DNA of 64,000 bases, taken from positions 1 through 64,000 of the forward strand of contig JBBTCT010000018.1 in the NCBI GenBank assembly GCA_038060895.1. The letters are read 5' to 3'. The stretch comes from Planctomycetota bacterium. GTDB taxonomy: Bacteria; Planctomycetota; MHYJ01; WSZJ01. The notes under the pieces are model-generated. The model was not told where the DNA came from. It saw only the letters and a program-made list of their open reading frames with translations, and searched no databases. Both the position numbers and the translations under genes were made by a program. This document shows, in pieces, positions 17,752-25,615 of the stretch (the stretch's first letter is position 1; each line of letters begins with the position of its first letter).

Positions 17752-18819
17752 CTACGCCGCCCGGGACTTCAACGAATAGACATAAGCCAGAATCTCGGCA
17801 ACCGCTTCGTACATCTGCGCCGGAATCTCCTTCCCAACCTCGCACTTGAACAACTCCCTTGCGAGCGGCGCGCGCTCGACGATCGGCACGTCGTGCTCGT
17901 GGGCGATCTCCCGGATTCTCTCCGCGATCAGGTCGGCGCCCTTCGCCACGATCTTCGGCGCCGCCATCTTCTCGTCGTAGGCGAGAGCGACCGCAAAGTG
18001 CGTCGGGTTCGTGACGATCACCGCCGCCTTCGGAACCGCGGCCATCATGCGCTGAGTGGCGATCTGGCGCTGGATCGCCCGGCGCCTTTCCCGGACGCGC
18101 GGGTTGCCCTCGAGGCGCTTCAGCTCTTCCTTCACCTCCTGCTTCGACATCCGCAGGTCGCGCTCGTACTGCCACTTCTGGAAGCCGTAGTCGAGGAGCC
18201 CCAGGGCGACGAGGGCGGCGGCGGCGCGGATGGCGAGCGTGAAGCCGAGATCGGCGAGGGCGGCGGCGATGCGCGGGGCGGGAAGCGACGGCAGGGCGAG
18301 GATTTCGCTGAAGTTCCCGGAAAGGGTCCAGCCGAGCACGGACCCGATGACGGCGAGCTTGAGAAAGTCCTGCACCAGGCGGGCGGCCGATCGGGTGGAG
18401 AAGAGTCGCTTGAGTCCCGCGATCGGGTTCAGGCGGGCGAGGTTCGGGGAGAGGGGTTCGCCAGTGAACAGGAAGCCGACCTGGGCCCAGTTGGAGGCCA
18501 GCGCGACGGCGACGGCGGCGATGAGAAGCGGCCCGAGGGCGCGAACGAGGATCCAGAGCACGGCCGCGGTTCGAGGCGCAACGGTGTCGGGAGAGATGTC
18601 CAGCGCGTCGAGACCGCCGAAAGACCCTCGCGCGAGCAGGGTGAGGCCTTCCAGGATGTTCTTCCCGAAGTAGTTCAGCGCGAGAAGCACGGCCAGCAGC
18701 ACCAGGGCGCCGTTGAGGTCGCTGGACCGAGCGACGTGGCCGCGATCCCGCGCTTCCTCGCGCCGGCGCGGCGTCGCCGTTTCTGTTTTGTCTTCCGATT
18801 CGAAGAGGTCGTCGGCCAT
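17752..18819 (-). CDS. flhB: Flagellar export switch protein FlhB
   Basis: KTE.ATPRR, LRMSKQEVKEE, NPTH autocleavage motif, PKIVAKG. Confidence 0.96.
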   Translation of the reverse strand: MADDLFESEDKTETATPRRREEARDRGHVARSSDLNGALVLLAVLLALNYFGKNILEGLTLLARGSFGGLDALDISPDTVAPRTAAVLWILVRALGPLLIAAVAVALASNWAQVGFLFTGEPLSPNLARLNPIAGLKRLFSTRSAARLVQDFLKLAVIGSVLGWTLSGNFSEILALPSLPAPRIAAALADLGFTLAIRAAAALVALGLLDYGFQKWQYERDLRMSKQEVKEELKRLEGNPRVRERRRAIQRQIATQRMMAAVPKAAVIVTNPTHFAVALAYDEKMAAPKIVAKGADLIAERIREIAHEHDVPIVERAPLARELFKCEVGKEIPAQMYEAVAEILAYVYSLKSRAA

Positions 18820-18871
18820 GGGCTAGATGCGAGGCTGGGGTTCCTTGCTGGGACGGTGTGGAAACAACGGG

Positions 18872-18989
18872 GTCTAAGGTCGAAGGTCTAAAGTCTAAGG
18901 ATTAAGGGCAAGGCGGACCTGTCTCGCGAACGACCATCTGGCGAAAGGGCGATGATGTGACCTTCGACCTTCGACTTCCGACCTTCGAC
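18872..18989. repeat. Palindromic element with TCKAAGG heptamer arms (family T, copy 1)
   Basis: TCTAAGG TCGAAGG TCTAAAG TCTAAGG, 60-nt spacer, CCTTCGA CCTTCGA CTTCCGA CCTTCGA. Confidence 0.88.
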
Positions 18990-19006
18990 TCTTGGCCGTC
19001 GACCTC

Positions 19007-19786
19007 TCATGCCATCATCCGCAACAGTTGCTCCAGCTGCCCCTGGGCCTTCCCCCACATCTTTGCGAACGCCCAGGCGAATGCGGGAATGGAGACGGCG
19101 AGAACAGCGAGGCCGAGGCCGACGCGGACGGAGAAACCGTGGAGGAACAGGTTCATTTCGGGGACGGCGCGCGCCGTGAAGGCGAGGGCGACGGTGACGA
19201 GGAACATCGCGGCCAGTGCCGGGGCGGCGAAGCGGACGGCTGTGGAGAGGAGGTCGGTGAAGAGCGTATCGGCGACGTAATTGCCGAGGGGATTGGTGAA
19301 GTGAAGGCCGAGGAGCGGGACGTCGTGGAACGAGGCGGTGATGGCGGAGAGGATGAAGTGGTGGCCGTCGAGGATGAGGAAGAGAAGCAGGGCGAAGAGG
19401 AATTTGAACTGGCCGACGAGGGAGACCTGGTCGTTGGTGATCGGGTCGAGAACGTTGGCGAGGCCGAGGCCGAGTTCGTTGTCCACGAGGGCGCCGGCGA
19501 GGGACGCGGCGCCAAACAGGAACGTGGCGGTCAGGCCGAACATGAGACCGACGGCGGTCTCCATTCCCGCGGCAAGGGCCAGCTGGCCGGGGCCGTGCAG
19601 GTCGGGTGCATGAATCGACGAGTGGGGGAGGATCGCGGCGCTGAGGAGCAGCGAAAGGCCGATCGTGACCTGCGACGGCGTCGTGCGGGCCGAGAAGAAC
19701 GGCGCGGTCATCAGCGTCGCCGCGATGCGGAAAAACACCAGCACGAAGGCGTGGAACTGAGCGAGCGACAGATCGAGCGGGTTCAT
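19007..19786 (-). CDS. fliR: Flagellar biosynthetic protein FliR
   Basis: Hydrophobic; APFFS, LGLGLANVLDP, DGHH, RAVPEMN; position before flhB. Confidence 0.92.
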   Translation of the reverse strand: MNPLDLSLAQFHAFVLVFFRIAATLMTAPFFSARTTPSQVTIGLSLLLSAAILPHSSIHAPDLHGPGQLALAAGMETAVGLMFGLTATFLFGAASLAGALVDNELGLGLANVLDPITNDQVSLVGQFKFLFALLLFLILDGHHFILSAITASFHDVPLLGLHFTNPLGNYVADTLFTDLLSTAVRFAAPALAAMFLVTVALAFTARAVPEMNLFLHGFSVRVGLGLAVLAVSIPAFAWAFAKMWGKAQGQLEQLLRMMA

Positions 19787-20043
19787 GGCGCCTCGGGACC
19801 GGCCGCCGGAAACGCTTCAAGCGGCGGCGCCCCGCATCCCAGCCGCTCGAGAATCGGCCGCCGCCGGAAGTCCCAGACCGACAGCTCGAGATCCCAGCTG
19901 AGCTGCCAGTCGCGCGGTCCCGTGGACAATTCCTTGCGCCAGCCGCGCTGCGCGGCCATCTGCCGCGCGCCCTCGCCCGTGATCAGCGCGAGGTAGCGGA
20001 TGTAGGCGAACTCGGAATCCCAGTCGCGCTTCGGTGCATTCAT
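19783..20043 (-). CDS. Orphan 86-aa protein translationally coupled between fliQ and fliR
   Basis: ATG overlaps fliQ TGA; its TGA overlaps fliR ATG; fills the gap exactly. Confidence 0.6.
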   Translation of the reverse strand: MNAPKRDWDSEFAYIRYLALITGEGARQMAAQRGWRKELSTGPRDWQLSWDLELSVWDFRRRPILERLGCGAPPLEAFPAAGPEAP

Positions 20044-20318
20044 CGGAACATCCCCGGCATGCGAGTGAAGAGGTTGACCGTGTACTCGGTCATGCGCGTC
20101 ATGAGCCACGGGAGGAGAACGAAGAGGGCGAGTGCGGTGGCGACGATCTTGGGAACGAACGCGAGCGTCTGTTCCTGGACCTGCGTGGCGGCCTGGAGGA
20201 CCGAGACGGTGAGGCCGACCACGAGGCCGACGACGAGAAGCGGCAACGAGATCACCAGTGCGAGAAGGATCATCTCGCGGCCGAGGTCGATGGCTTGCTG
20301 GTACTGGTCGGGATTCAT
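20040..20318 (-). CDS. fliQ: Flagellar biosynthetic protein FliQ
   Basis: LQAATQVQEQTLAFVPKI, PWLM. Confidence 0.95.
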   Translation of the reverse strand: MNPDQYQQAIDLGREMILLALVISLPLLVVGLVVGLTVSVLQAATQVQEQTLAFVPKIVATALALFVLLPWLMTRMTEYTVNLFTRMPGMFR

Positions 20319-20325
20319 GGGAGGG

Positions 20326-20479
20326 AAACGGCAGGGGATGGGGAACAACGGGCCTGGGATGGAGGGGGCTTGGGATCGGGATGGGGATAGGGCGAACGGA
20401 GAACAGTCGTTGCCCGATCCCCATCCCAATCCCAATCCCCCCCGATCCCGAACCCGCCCTTCCCCTGCCCCTGCCGTTC
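20326..20479. repeat. GGGATN-arm palindromic element (family G, copy 2) between fliP and fliQ
   Basis: AAACGGCAGGGGATGGGGAA...GGGATCGGGATGGGGATAGGG / CCCGATCCCCATCCCAATCCCAATCCC...CCTGCCGTTC. Confidence 0.85.
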
Positions 20480-20489
20480 TGCCTTTCGC

Positions 20490-21242
20490 CTAATAGAAAC
20501 TCTTCACGAGCGACCCGACCGTGAGATGCCATCCATCCACCAGGATGAACAGCAGGATCTTGAACGGGAGACTGATGAGCACCGGCGGCAGCACGAGCAT
20601 CCCCATCGAAATCAGCGTCGTGCTCACCACGAGATCGATCACCAGGAACGGCAGAAAAATCGCGAACCCCATGATGAACGCCCGCCGGAGCTCGCTGATC
20701 ACGAACGCCGGAACGAGGATCTCCGTCGGGATGTCCTGGTTTTTCACCTGCTGCGGCACGGGCGTTTTCGTGATGTCCAGGAAGAGCTTCACGTCCTTGC
20801 GCCGCGTCTGCGCGAACATGAACTTGCGCATCGGCTCGAGGGCTTCGTGAAGCGCCTGCTTCTGCGTGATCTTGCTGTCGAGGTACGGCGTGATCGCGTT
20901 CGCCTTGATCTCGCGAATGGTTGGCCCCATCACCATGAACGTCAGGATCAGCGACAGCCCGATGATGATGTTGTTGGGCGGCAGGTCCTGCGTCCCCAGG
21001 CTGCGCCGCACGAACGACAACACGATCACGATCCGCGTGAACGCCGTCGTCAGCACCAGGATCGAAGGCGCCAGCGCCATCACGGTCAGCATCACGAGGA
21101 TCTCAAGCGTCGTGACGACCTTCTCGGGATCCTCGGAGCGGTCGAAATGATGGAACGTCGGCACGATTCCCTGCGCTTCCGCCGGGGAAGCGGCCGCCGC
21201 GAAGAATGCGAGCACGCACAGGGGGAGCAGCAGGCGCTTCAT
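20490..21242 (-). CDS. fliP: Flagellar biosynthetic protein FliP
   Basis: TAFTRIVIVL, PAFVISEL..AF.MGF, PPVLISLPFKILLFILVDGW. Confidence 0.96.
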   Translation of the reverse strand: MKRLLLPLCVLAFFAAAASPAEAQGIVPTFHHFDRSEDPEKVVTTLEILVMLTVMALAPSILVLTTAFTRIVIVLSFVRRSLGTQDLPPNNIIIGLSLILTFMVMGPTIREIKANAITPYLDSKITQKQALHEALEPMRKFMFAQTRRKDVKLFLDITKTPVPQQVKNQDIPTEILVPAFVISELRRAFIMGFAIFLPFLVIDLVVSTTLISMGMLVLPPVLISLPFKILLFILVDGWHLTVGSLVKSFY

Positions 21243-21901
21243 GCGCTCGCCCTCCACCCGTTCACGACCTTGCGGATCGCGTCGAGTTCGTTCTTCACGG
21301 AGACTTCCGCCGGGGGCGCCGCTGTTTCTTCGCGGACCGGGCTTTCTTCTTCCACCGTCTGAGGCTCTTCCTCGGCCGGAGCTTCGACCCGCGTTTTTCT
21401 TTCCGGCACGGCCTGCGCGGCCATCGCTTCTTTGAACGCCGAGGCTTCATTCGTCCCCAGGCACTGGCCGCGGATCAGCGCGACCTCGTCGGCATCGGCG
21501 ACTTCGCCCATGAACGTGAGAGCGTCCTTCGCGACGCCGACACGGAGGACGCGGCGACCGACCTGGACGAGGAAGAGGGAAGCCTGGGGGGTGAGGTTGC
21601 GGCGGCCGAGGATCTGGATGGCGTCGGAAGCGCCGAAGCGGCGCGCGCCGGGGACGATTTTCTTCGAGAGGACGATGAGGCCGGCGACGAGGAGTACGAG
21701 GACGATGGCGTAACCCGCGAACGACCCCACGGTGCCCCATGCGGACGCCGGCCGCGCATCGGCGGGGGCGCTTTCGCCATCGCCGCCGAACGCGAGTTCC
21801 TTTTCAAACGCGTGCCGGTCGGCCGCCTCCGGTTCCGCCACCGCAACGAGCGGCGCGAGCGAACCGGCGGCGAGCGCGAGGCACAGGAAGGCCATGCGCA
21901 C
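21239..21901 (-). CDS. fliO: Flagellar biosynthesis protein FliO/FliZ
   Basis: Signal/TM segments, IQILGRRNL..QASLFLVQVG; directly upstream of fliP. Confidence 0.8.
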   Translation of the reverse strand: MRMAFLCLALAAGSLAPLVAVAEPEAADRHAFEKELAFGGDGESAPADARPASAWGTVGSFAGYAIVLVLLVAGLIVLSKKIVPGARRFGASDAIQILGRRNLTPQASLFLVQVGRRVLRVGVAKDALTFMGEVADADEVALIRGQCLGTNEASAFKEAMAAQAVPERKTRVEAPAEEEPQTVEEESPVREETAAPPAEVSVKNELDAIRKVVNGWRASA

Positions 21902-21934
21902 GGGAGTCCCCTCTCCAAGGGAATGCCGGGGGAC

Positions 21935-21964
21935 TTATCGGCAAGTGAGGCGGCAAAACTCCAG
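21935..21964 (-). promoter_or_regulatory. Sigma28-like promoter upstream of fliO
   Basis: CTGGAG-N16-GCCGATAA. Confidence 0.65.
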
Positions 21965-21968
21965 CCAG

Positions 21969-22138
21969 CTAAGTAGCTCCACGTTGATTCTGTGCCATGC
22001 AGCCGCCGCGAATTTCGCCGGCCCGCAAGGCGGAGACCGGAACTGGAGCGGAACGGAGCTCCAGTGAGGATCGACAACGAAGCGGGACGGCGAAAGGCGC
22101 GCGGATGCATGGCACAGAATCAACGTGGAGCTACTTAG
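21969..22138. repeat. 170-bp REPIN/MITE-like element with 33-bp perfect terminal inverted repeats
   Basis: CTAAGTAGCTCCACGTTGATTCTGTGCCATGCA (21969-22001) perfectly inverted at 22106-22138; GTAG near ends; internal ACTGGAGC/GCTCCAGT stem. Confidence 0.88.
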
Positions 22139-22411
22139 GCGGTGGAGAGCACCGATTCGAGCCAGACGCGACGGGCGTCGGTCGCCGGCATGACCTCTTC
22201 GATTTCTCTTCGGACAAGGTCGCGATCAACCCGGTCGCCCTGGATCGCGAGGACCTCCCGTATGTCCAGCTTGTCCCGTTCCCTGCTCGCAATGGCCTTC
22301 ATTACAATCAGATGCTCCGGCCGCGCCACACGCGCCTCGTGACTGAAAAACTTGAATGGAAGCATCCAGGATCTCGCCGACGAATTGGTCGAACGGCTCA
22401 GGATCAGGCAT
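22135..22411 (-). pseudogene. Internally deleted/frameshifted nucleotidyltransferase (MNT/AbiEii-like) gene
   Basis: N-term MPDPEPFDQFVGEILDASIQVFQSRG in one frame; C-term VARPEHLIVMKAIASRERDKLDIREVLAIQG in another; catalytic core not seen. Confidence 0.6.
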
Positions 22412-22634
22412 GGGGCTGGGCCGGAAGCGGAGGAGGCGGACAATGCTCTTCAATCTCTTCCTGCCACAGGAATCTCTCCGCTTGTTCGCGATCAGGCCTG
22501 GCGAGCCACATCTTTCGCGCCAGGGTTGACAGCTCGATTCCCTCCCGGAAGCGCTCTTCCATCGATTGCTGTCGCGCTCGCTCGAGTTGGTCTTCTTCTT
22601 TCCGACGGAAGTGTTCTTCCCACATGGGGGACAT
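22404..22634 (-). CDS. Small helical hypothetical protein, likely antitoxin-type partner of the NTase
   Basis: 76 aa, 'ARQQSMEERFREGIEL'; stop overlaps the NTase ATG; lower GC than neighbours. Confidence 0.55.
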   Translation of the reverse strand: MSPMWEEHFRRKEEDQLERARQQSMEERFREGIELSTLARKMWLARPDREQAERFLWQEEIEEHCPPPPLPAQPHA

Positions 22635-22670
22635 TTTACCCCTTTGCGGCCCCGGACGCTTGCCTCGCCG

Positions 22671-23057
22671 CTACTTCTGTCCGACGACCTCGGTCACTCG
22701 CACGCAGAAATTGTCGTGGAGGACGAGGACTTCGCCCTTGGCGACGAGCTTGTCGTTGACGTAGATGTCGAGGGGCTCGCCAGCGAGCTGGTCGAGGGGG
22801 ACGACGGAGCCTTTGCCCAGCGCCAGGACGTCTTCGAGGCGCATTTTCGTGCGGCCGAGCTCAATGCGGACGTTGAGGGGGATGTCGAGGAGGGCTTCCT
22901 GGGGGAGAACGCCTTCCACGGAAGCGGGGACGGGCTGGGACGGGTTGAACGAGGCGGGGCGAGCGACGGCCCTGGGGTCCGAGAAGGTGCCTTCGCCGGT
23001 GATCTGTTTGATCAGGCGTTCGACGTCGGCGTCGGTGGGCTTGGGGGGCTCGGGCAT
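22671..23057 (-). CDS. fliN: Flagellar motor switch protein FliN
   Basis: LLDIPLNVRIELGRT, GSVVPLDQLAGEPLDIYVN..LVAKGEV (SpoA domain). Confidence 0.93.
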   Translation of the reverse strand: MPEPPKPTDADVERLIKQITGEGTFSDPRAVARPASFNPSQPVPASVEGVLPQEALLDIPLNVRIELGRTKMRLEDVLALGKGSVVPLDQLAGEPLDIYVNDKLVAKGEVLVLHDNFCVRVTEVVGQK

Positions 23058-23077
23058 TGGGGGATAGCTTATGAGAA

Positions 23078-23107
23078 AGATCGGCTGGCGGTAGGGGTGA
23101 ACTGAAG
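23078..23107 (-). promoter_or_regulatory. Sigma28-like promoter upstream of fliN
   Basis: CTTCAG-N16-GCCGATCT. Confidence 0.5.
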
Positions 23108-23124
23108 CCCGGTGGGGGGGAGAG

Positions 23125-23210
23125 GGTAGTTGGCAGGGGGTAGCGGGTAGTGACAGCCGCACTGAGATGGGTTCTTCCTACCCCCTACCCAAGTACCCCC
23201 TACCAACTGC
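23125..23210. repeat. Palindromic element with GGTAGNN heptamer arms (family Y, copy 1)
   Basis: GGTAGTT GGCAGGG GGTAGCG GGTAG inverted against CTACCCC CTACCCA AGTACCC CCTACCA ACTGC. Confidence 0.8.
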
Positions 23211-23211
23211 T

Positions 23212-23757
23212 TTACGGGCCGTAGTACCGAAATACTACTTCCTTGGCGGTTTCTTCCCGGAAGACGGACTGATTCAGCGCTGCGCGCAACCGGTCCTTCA
23301 GGCGCTCGCGGTTTCCCGGGTCCACGGCCTGCTCCGCCGACTGGGCGCCGACGGTGCGCGCAATTTCGTCGGCGATTTTTGCCGCGTGGGCACGCACCGC
23401 GTCCCGGGCCTTGGCTCGCTCCGCGCCGTCGCCCGTGACGAGGATCGAGGCTTCGACGCGGATCGTGATGTGAACGTCGATGCCCGATTTCGAAGAGTGA
23501 ACCGGGACGGAGGCCGTGTCGAGATCGATGTACTCCTGGCGCGAGAAGTCGGCGCTCGCGGCCGCCGAAGGCGGGCCTTCGACGCGCCGCAGAAGCGCCA
23601 CGATGAGCAGTGCTTCCAGCACGAGAAACACTGCGAAAAGCGCGATGTTCTGCGGGCTCAGGGCGGGTGCTCGCGGCGGCGGTGGAGACGGCGGCGTGGC
23701 GGCCGCGACGTTGCCCGAGGGCCGTACGGGAGTGGGAGGGGAGAGGCGCGGGGGCAT
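23212..23757 (-). CDS. fliL: Flagellar basal body-associated protein FliL
   Basis: Single TM, C-terminal 'RERLKDRLRAALN...KEVVF'; position after motB. Confidence 0.75.
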   Translation of the reverse strand: MPPRLSPPTPVRPSGNVAAATPPSPPPPRAPALSPQNIALFAVFLVLEALLIVALLRRVEGPPSAAASADFSRQEYIDLDTASVPVHSSKSGIDVHITIRVEASILVTGDGAERAKARDAVRAHAAKIADEIARTVGAQSAEQAVDPGNRERLKDRLRAALNQSVFREETAKEVVFRYYGP

Positions 23758-23760
23758 GGG

Positions 23761-24465
23761 CTACTTGACCTTGACCTTGTCTTCGAGCAGGAGTATCTCC
23801 ACGCGGCGGTTGCGCTGTCTCTGGAACGTGTCCTGCGTCTCCAGGATGTTCACGACCGGGTCGTTCATCCCCATCCCGGTGACGCGGATTCGCGCCGCGC
23901 TGATTCCCGGCTCGCCGCGGCCCTCGATCAGCAGCTTCGCCACCGCCTCGGCGCGCGCCGAGGACAGCTTCCAGTGATCGTCGCCCGGCGGATTCTCTTC
24001 CGGACTGGTGTACCCGCGCACGTCGATCTTGTTCAGGGAGCCGCGTACGAAGCGCAGGAAGCCGCTGATCGCGTCCGCCTGGTCCGGCCGAATCTCGGCC
24101 GAGCCTTCCTCGAACGCAATCGCCCTCTCGAGCGAGACCCGCAGCCCGTCCTTCGTCCGCTCGACCCGGAACTCTCTTCCTTCGGGCCCCCACTGCTCCG
24201 AGCTGATGGACTTCCCGGTGGCGGTGGCCAGGGTGTGCGTCATGACCCAGTACACGATGAAATCGTCGCGCGGAGGCGGAGCTTCGCGCCCCCTCGCGCC
24301 AGAAAACGATGCGCCGAGCTGCGCAAATTTGGTTTCGTCGATGTTGGAAAGCGCGAAGAGCACCGCGAAAAACACGACGAGCTGCGCCTGCATGTCGGAG
24401 AACGAGATCATCCAGAGCGGCGCGGCGTCGTCGCCGGCCTTGAAGGGGCGGCGGGGGCGGATCAT
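23761..24465 (-). CDS. motB: Flagellar stator protein MotB
   Basis: WMISFSDM TM with conserved Asp; OmpA-like WKLSSARA, NRRVEI. Confidence 0.92.
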   Translation of the reverse strand: MIRPRRPFKAGDDAAPLWMISFSDMQAQLVVFFAVLFALSNIDETKFAQLGASFSGARGREAPPPRDDFIVYWVMTHTLATATGKSISSEQWGPEGREFRVERTKDGLRVSLERAIAFEEGSAEIRPDQADAISGFLRFVRGSLNKIDVRGYTSPEENPPGDDHWKLSSARAEAVAKLLIEGRGEPGISAARIRVTGMGMNDPVVNILETQDTFQRQRNRRVEILLLEDKVKVK

Positions 24466-25241
24466 GCGCGGTCGCTCTGCATCTGTTCGCGGACCCGGGG
24501 AGGGAGGAAGAGGCGCAGCTTCTGTTCGACGATGCGCGGGTTGTCGCCGGACTGGATGGCGAGGATGCCCTTGATGACCATTTCCTTCACGGTCAGCTCT
24601 TCACGCGACCGGATCTCGAGTTTCTTGGCGAGGGGGTTGGCGAAGACGTAGCAGCCGATGGTGCCGTAGAGGGTGGCGCAGAGGGCCTGGGACATGCCCG
24701 GGCCGACCTCGTTCGGGTTGTTCATGTTTTTCATCATGACGATCATGCCCGTCAGGGTCCCGACGAGGCCGAAGGCGGGGAAGAAGAGGCTGAGGGTTTC
24801 GAAGAACTTGCGGCCCAGCTCGTGGCGGGCGGCGATGCCTTCGAGTTCCGTCGTGAGCATCGCCTGGATGACATCGGGGTCGGTGCCGTCGATGGCGAGC
24901 TGGAGGCCGCGGACGACGAACGGATCCCGGATTTCCTCGGCGACGCCCTCCAAGGCGAGGATGCCGTCCTTGCGGGCGATTTCGGCGTACCGGACGAAGT
25001 CGCGCACGATCTGAATCGAGTCGCTGGCGCGATGAAAGAGAAGCTTTCCGAACACGCGCGGGAATTCGACCAGGTCCGACCACGGGAACTGGGCGATCGT
25101 CGCGCCGCCGGTGCCGCCCAGGATGATCCCGAGGGCGCCGAGGTTGACGAAGTGGTTGGCCTGGCCGCCGGCGTCCATGACGCCGAGGACGATGGCGGCG
25201 ACGCCGATCAGGAGGCCGATGATGGTTGTGAGGTCTAGCAT
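24462..25241 (-). CDS. motA: Flagellar stator protein MotA/PomA
   Basis: ARKDGILALE, PAFGLVGTL, ATLYG, GILAIQSGDNP. Confidence 0.95.
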   Translation of the reverse strand: MLDLTTIIGLLIGVAAIVLGVMDAGGQANHFVNLGALGIILGGTGGATIAQFPWSDLVEFPRVFGKLLFHRASDSIQIVRDFVRYAEIARKDGILALEGVAEEIRDPFVVRGLQLAIDGTDPDVIQAMLTTELEGIAARHELGRKFFETLSLFFPAFGLVGTLTGMIVMMKNMNNPNEVGPGMSQALCATLYGTIGCYVFANPLAKKLEIRSREELTVKEMVIKGILAIQSGDNPRIVEQKLRLFLPPRVREQMQSDRA

Positions 25242-25248
25242 TTACCGA

Positions 25249-25311
25249 AGTTTTGAGTGTTGAGTGTTGAGTGTTGAGTAGGGAGCAGGCAGTAGTAGGT
25301 AGGTGGTAGGA
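25249..25311 (+). repeat. Nine in-register heptamers grading from AGTGTTG to GGTAGGN, no inverted partner
   Basis: AGTTTTG AGTGTTG AGTGTTG AGTGTTG AGTAGGG AGCAGGC AGTAGTA GGTAGGT GGTAGGA. Confidence 0.8.
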
Positions 25312-25317
25312 ACGACT

Positions 25318-25518
25318 TCATGTGGAAACGGGGCCTCGGATGCCGCGATTGTAGTCGACGACCCGCTTGATCAGGTCGTCGATGGCCTCTTTCACGACAA
25401 TCTTCTCCTTGTTCGCCAGAGTAATCACGGTGTCCGGAGTCGCTTCCATGAACTGGATCATCTCCGCGTTCACGACGAACTCTTTCCCGTTCAGTCGGGT
25501 TACCTTGATCATCGGCAT
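25318..25518 (-). CDS. flbD: Flagellar protein FlbD
   Basis: MIKVTRLNG.EFVVNAEMIQFMEATPDTVITL. Confidence 0.92.
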   Translation of the reverse strand: MPMIKVTRLNGKEFVVNAEMIQFMEATPDTVITLANKEKIVVKEAIDDLIKRVVDYNRGIRGPVST

Positions 25519-25583
25519 TTCCTCCTAACCGGCTGGCGTCGGGTGAGCCTCTTCCCGGGCCCTTCCGGAAGGGCCAGGAAAGA

Positions 25584-25608
25584 GGGCCCGGGAGATGTCC
25601 CCGGGCCC
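25584..25608 (-). terminator. Hairpin after flgE
   Basis: GGGCCCGGG...CCCGGGCCC followed by TCTTT on the minus strand. Confidence 0.55.
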
Positions 25609-25615
25609 CCGATTC

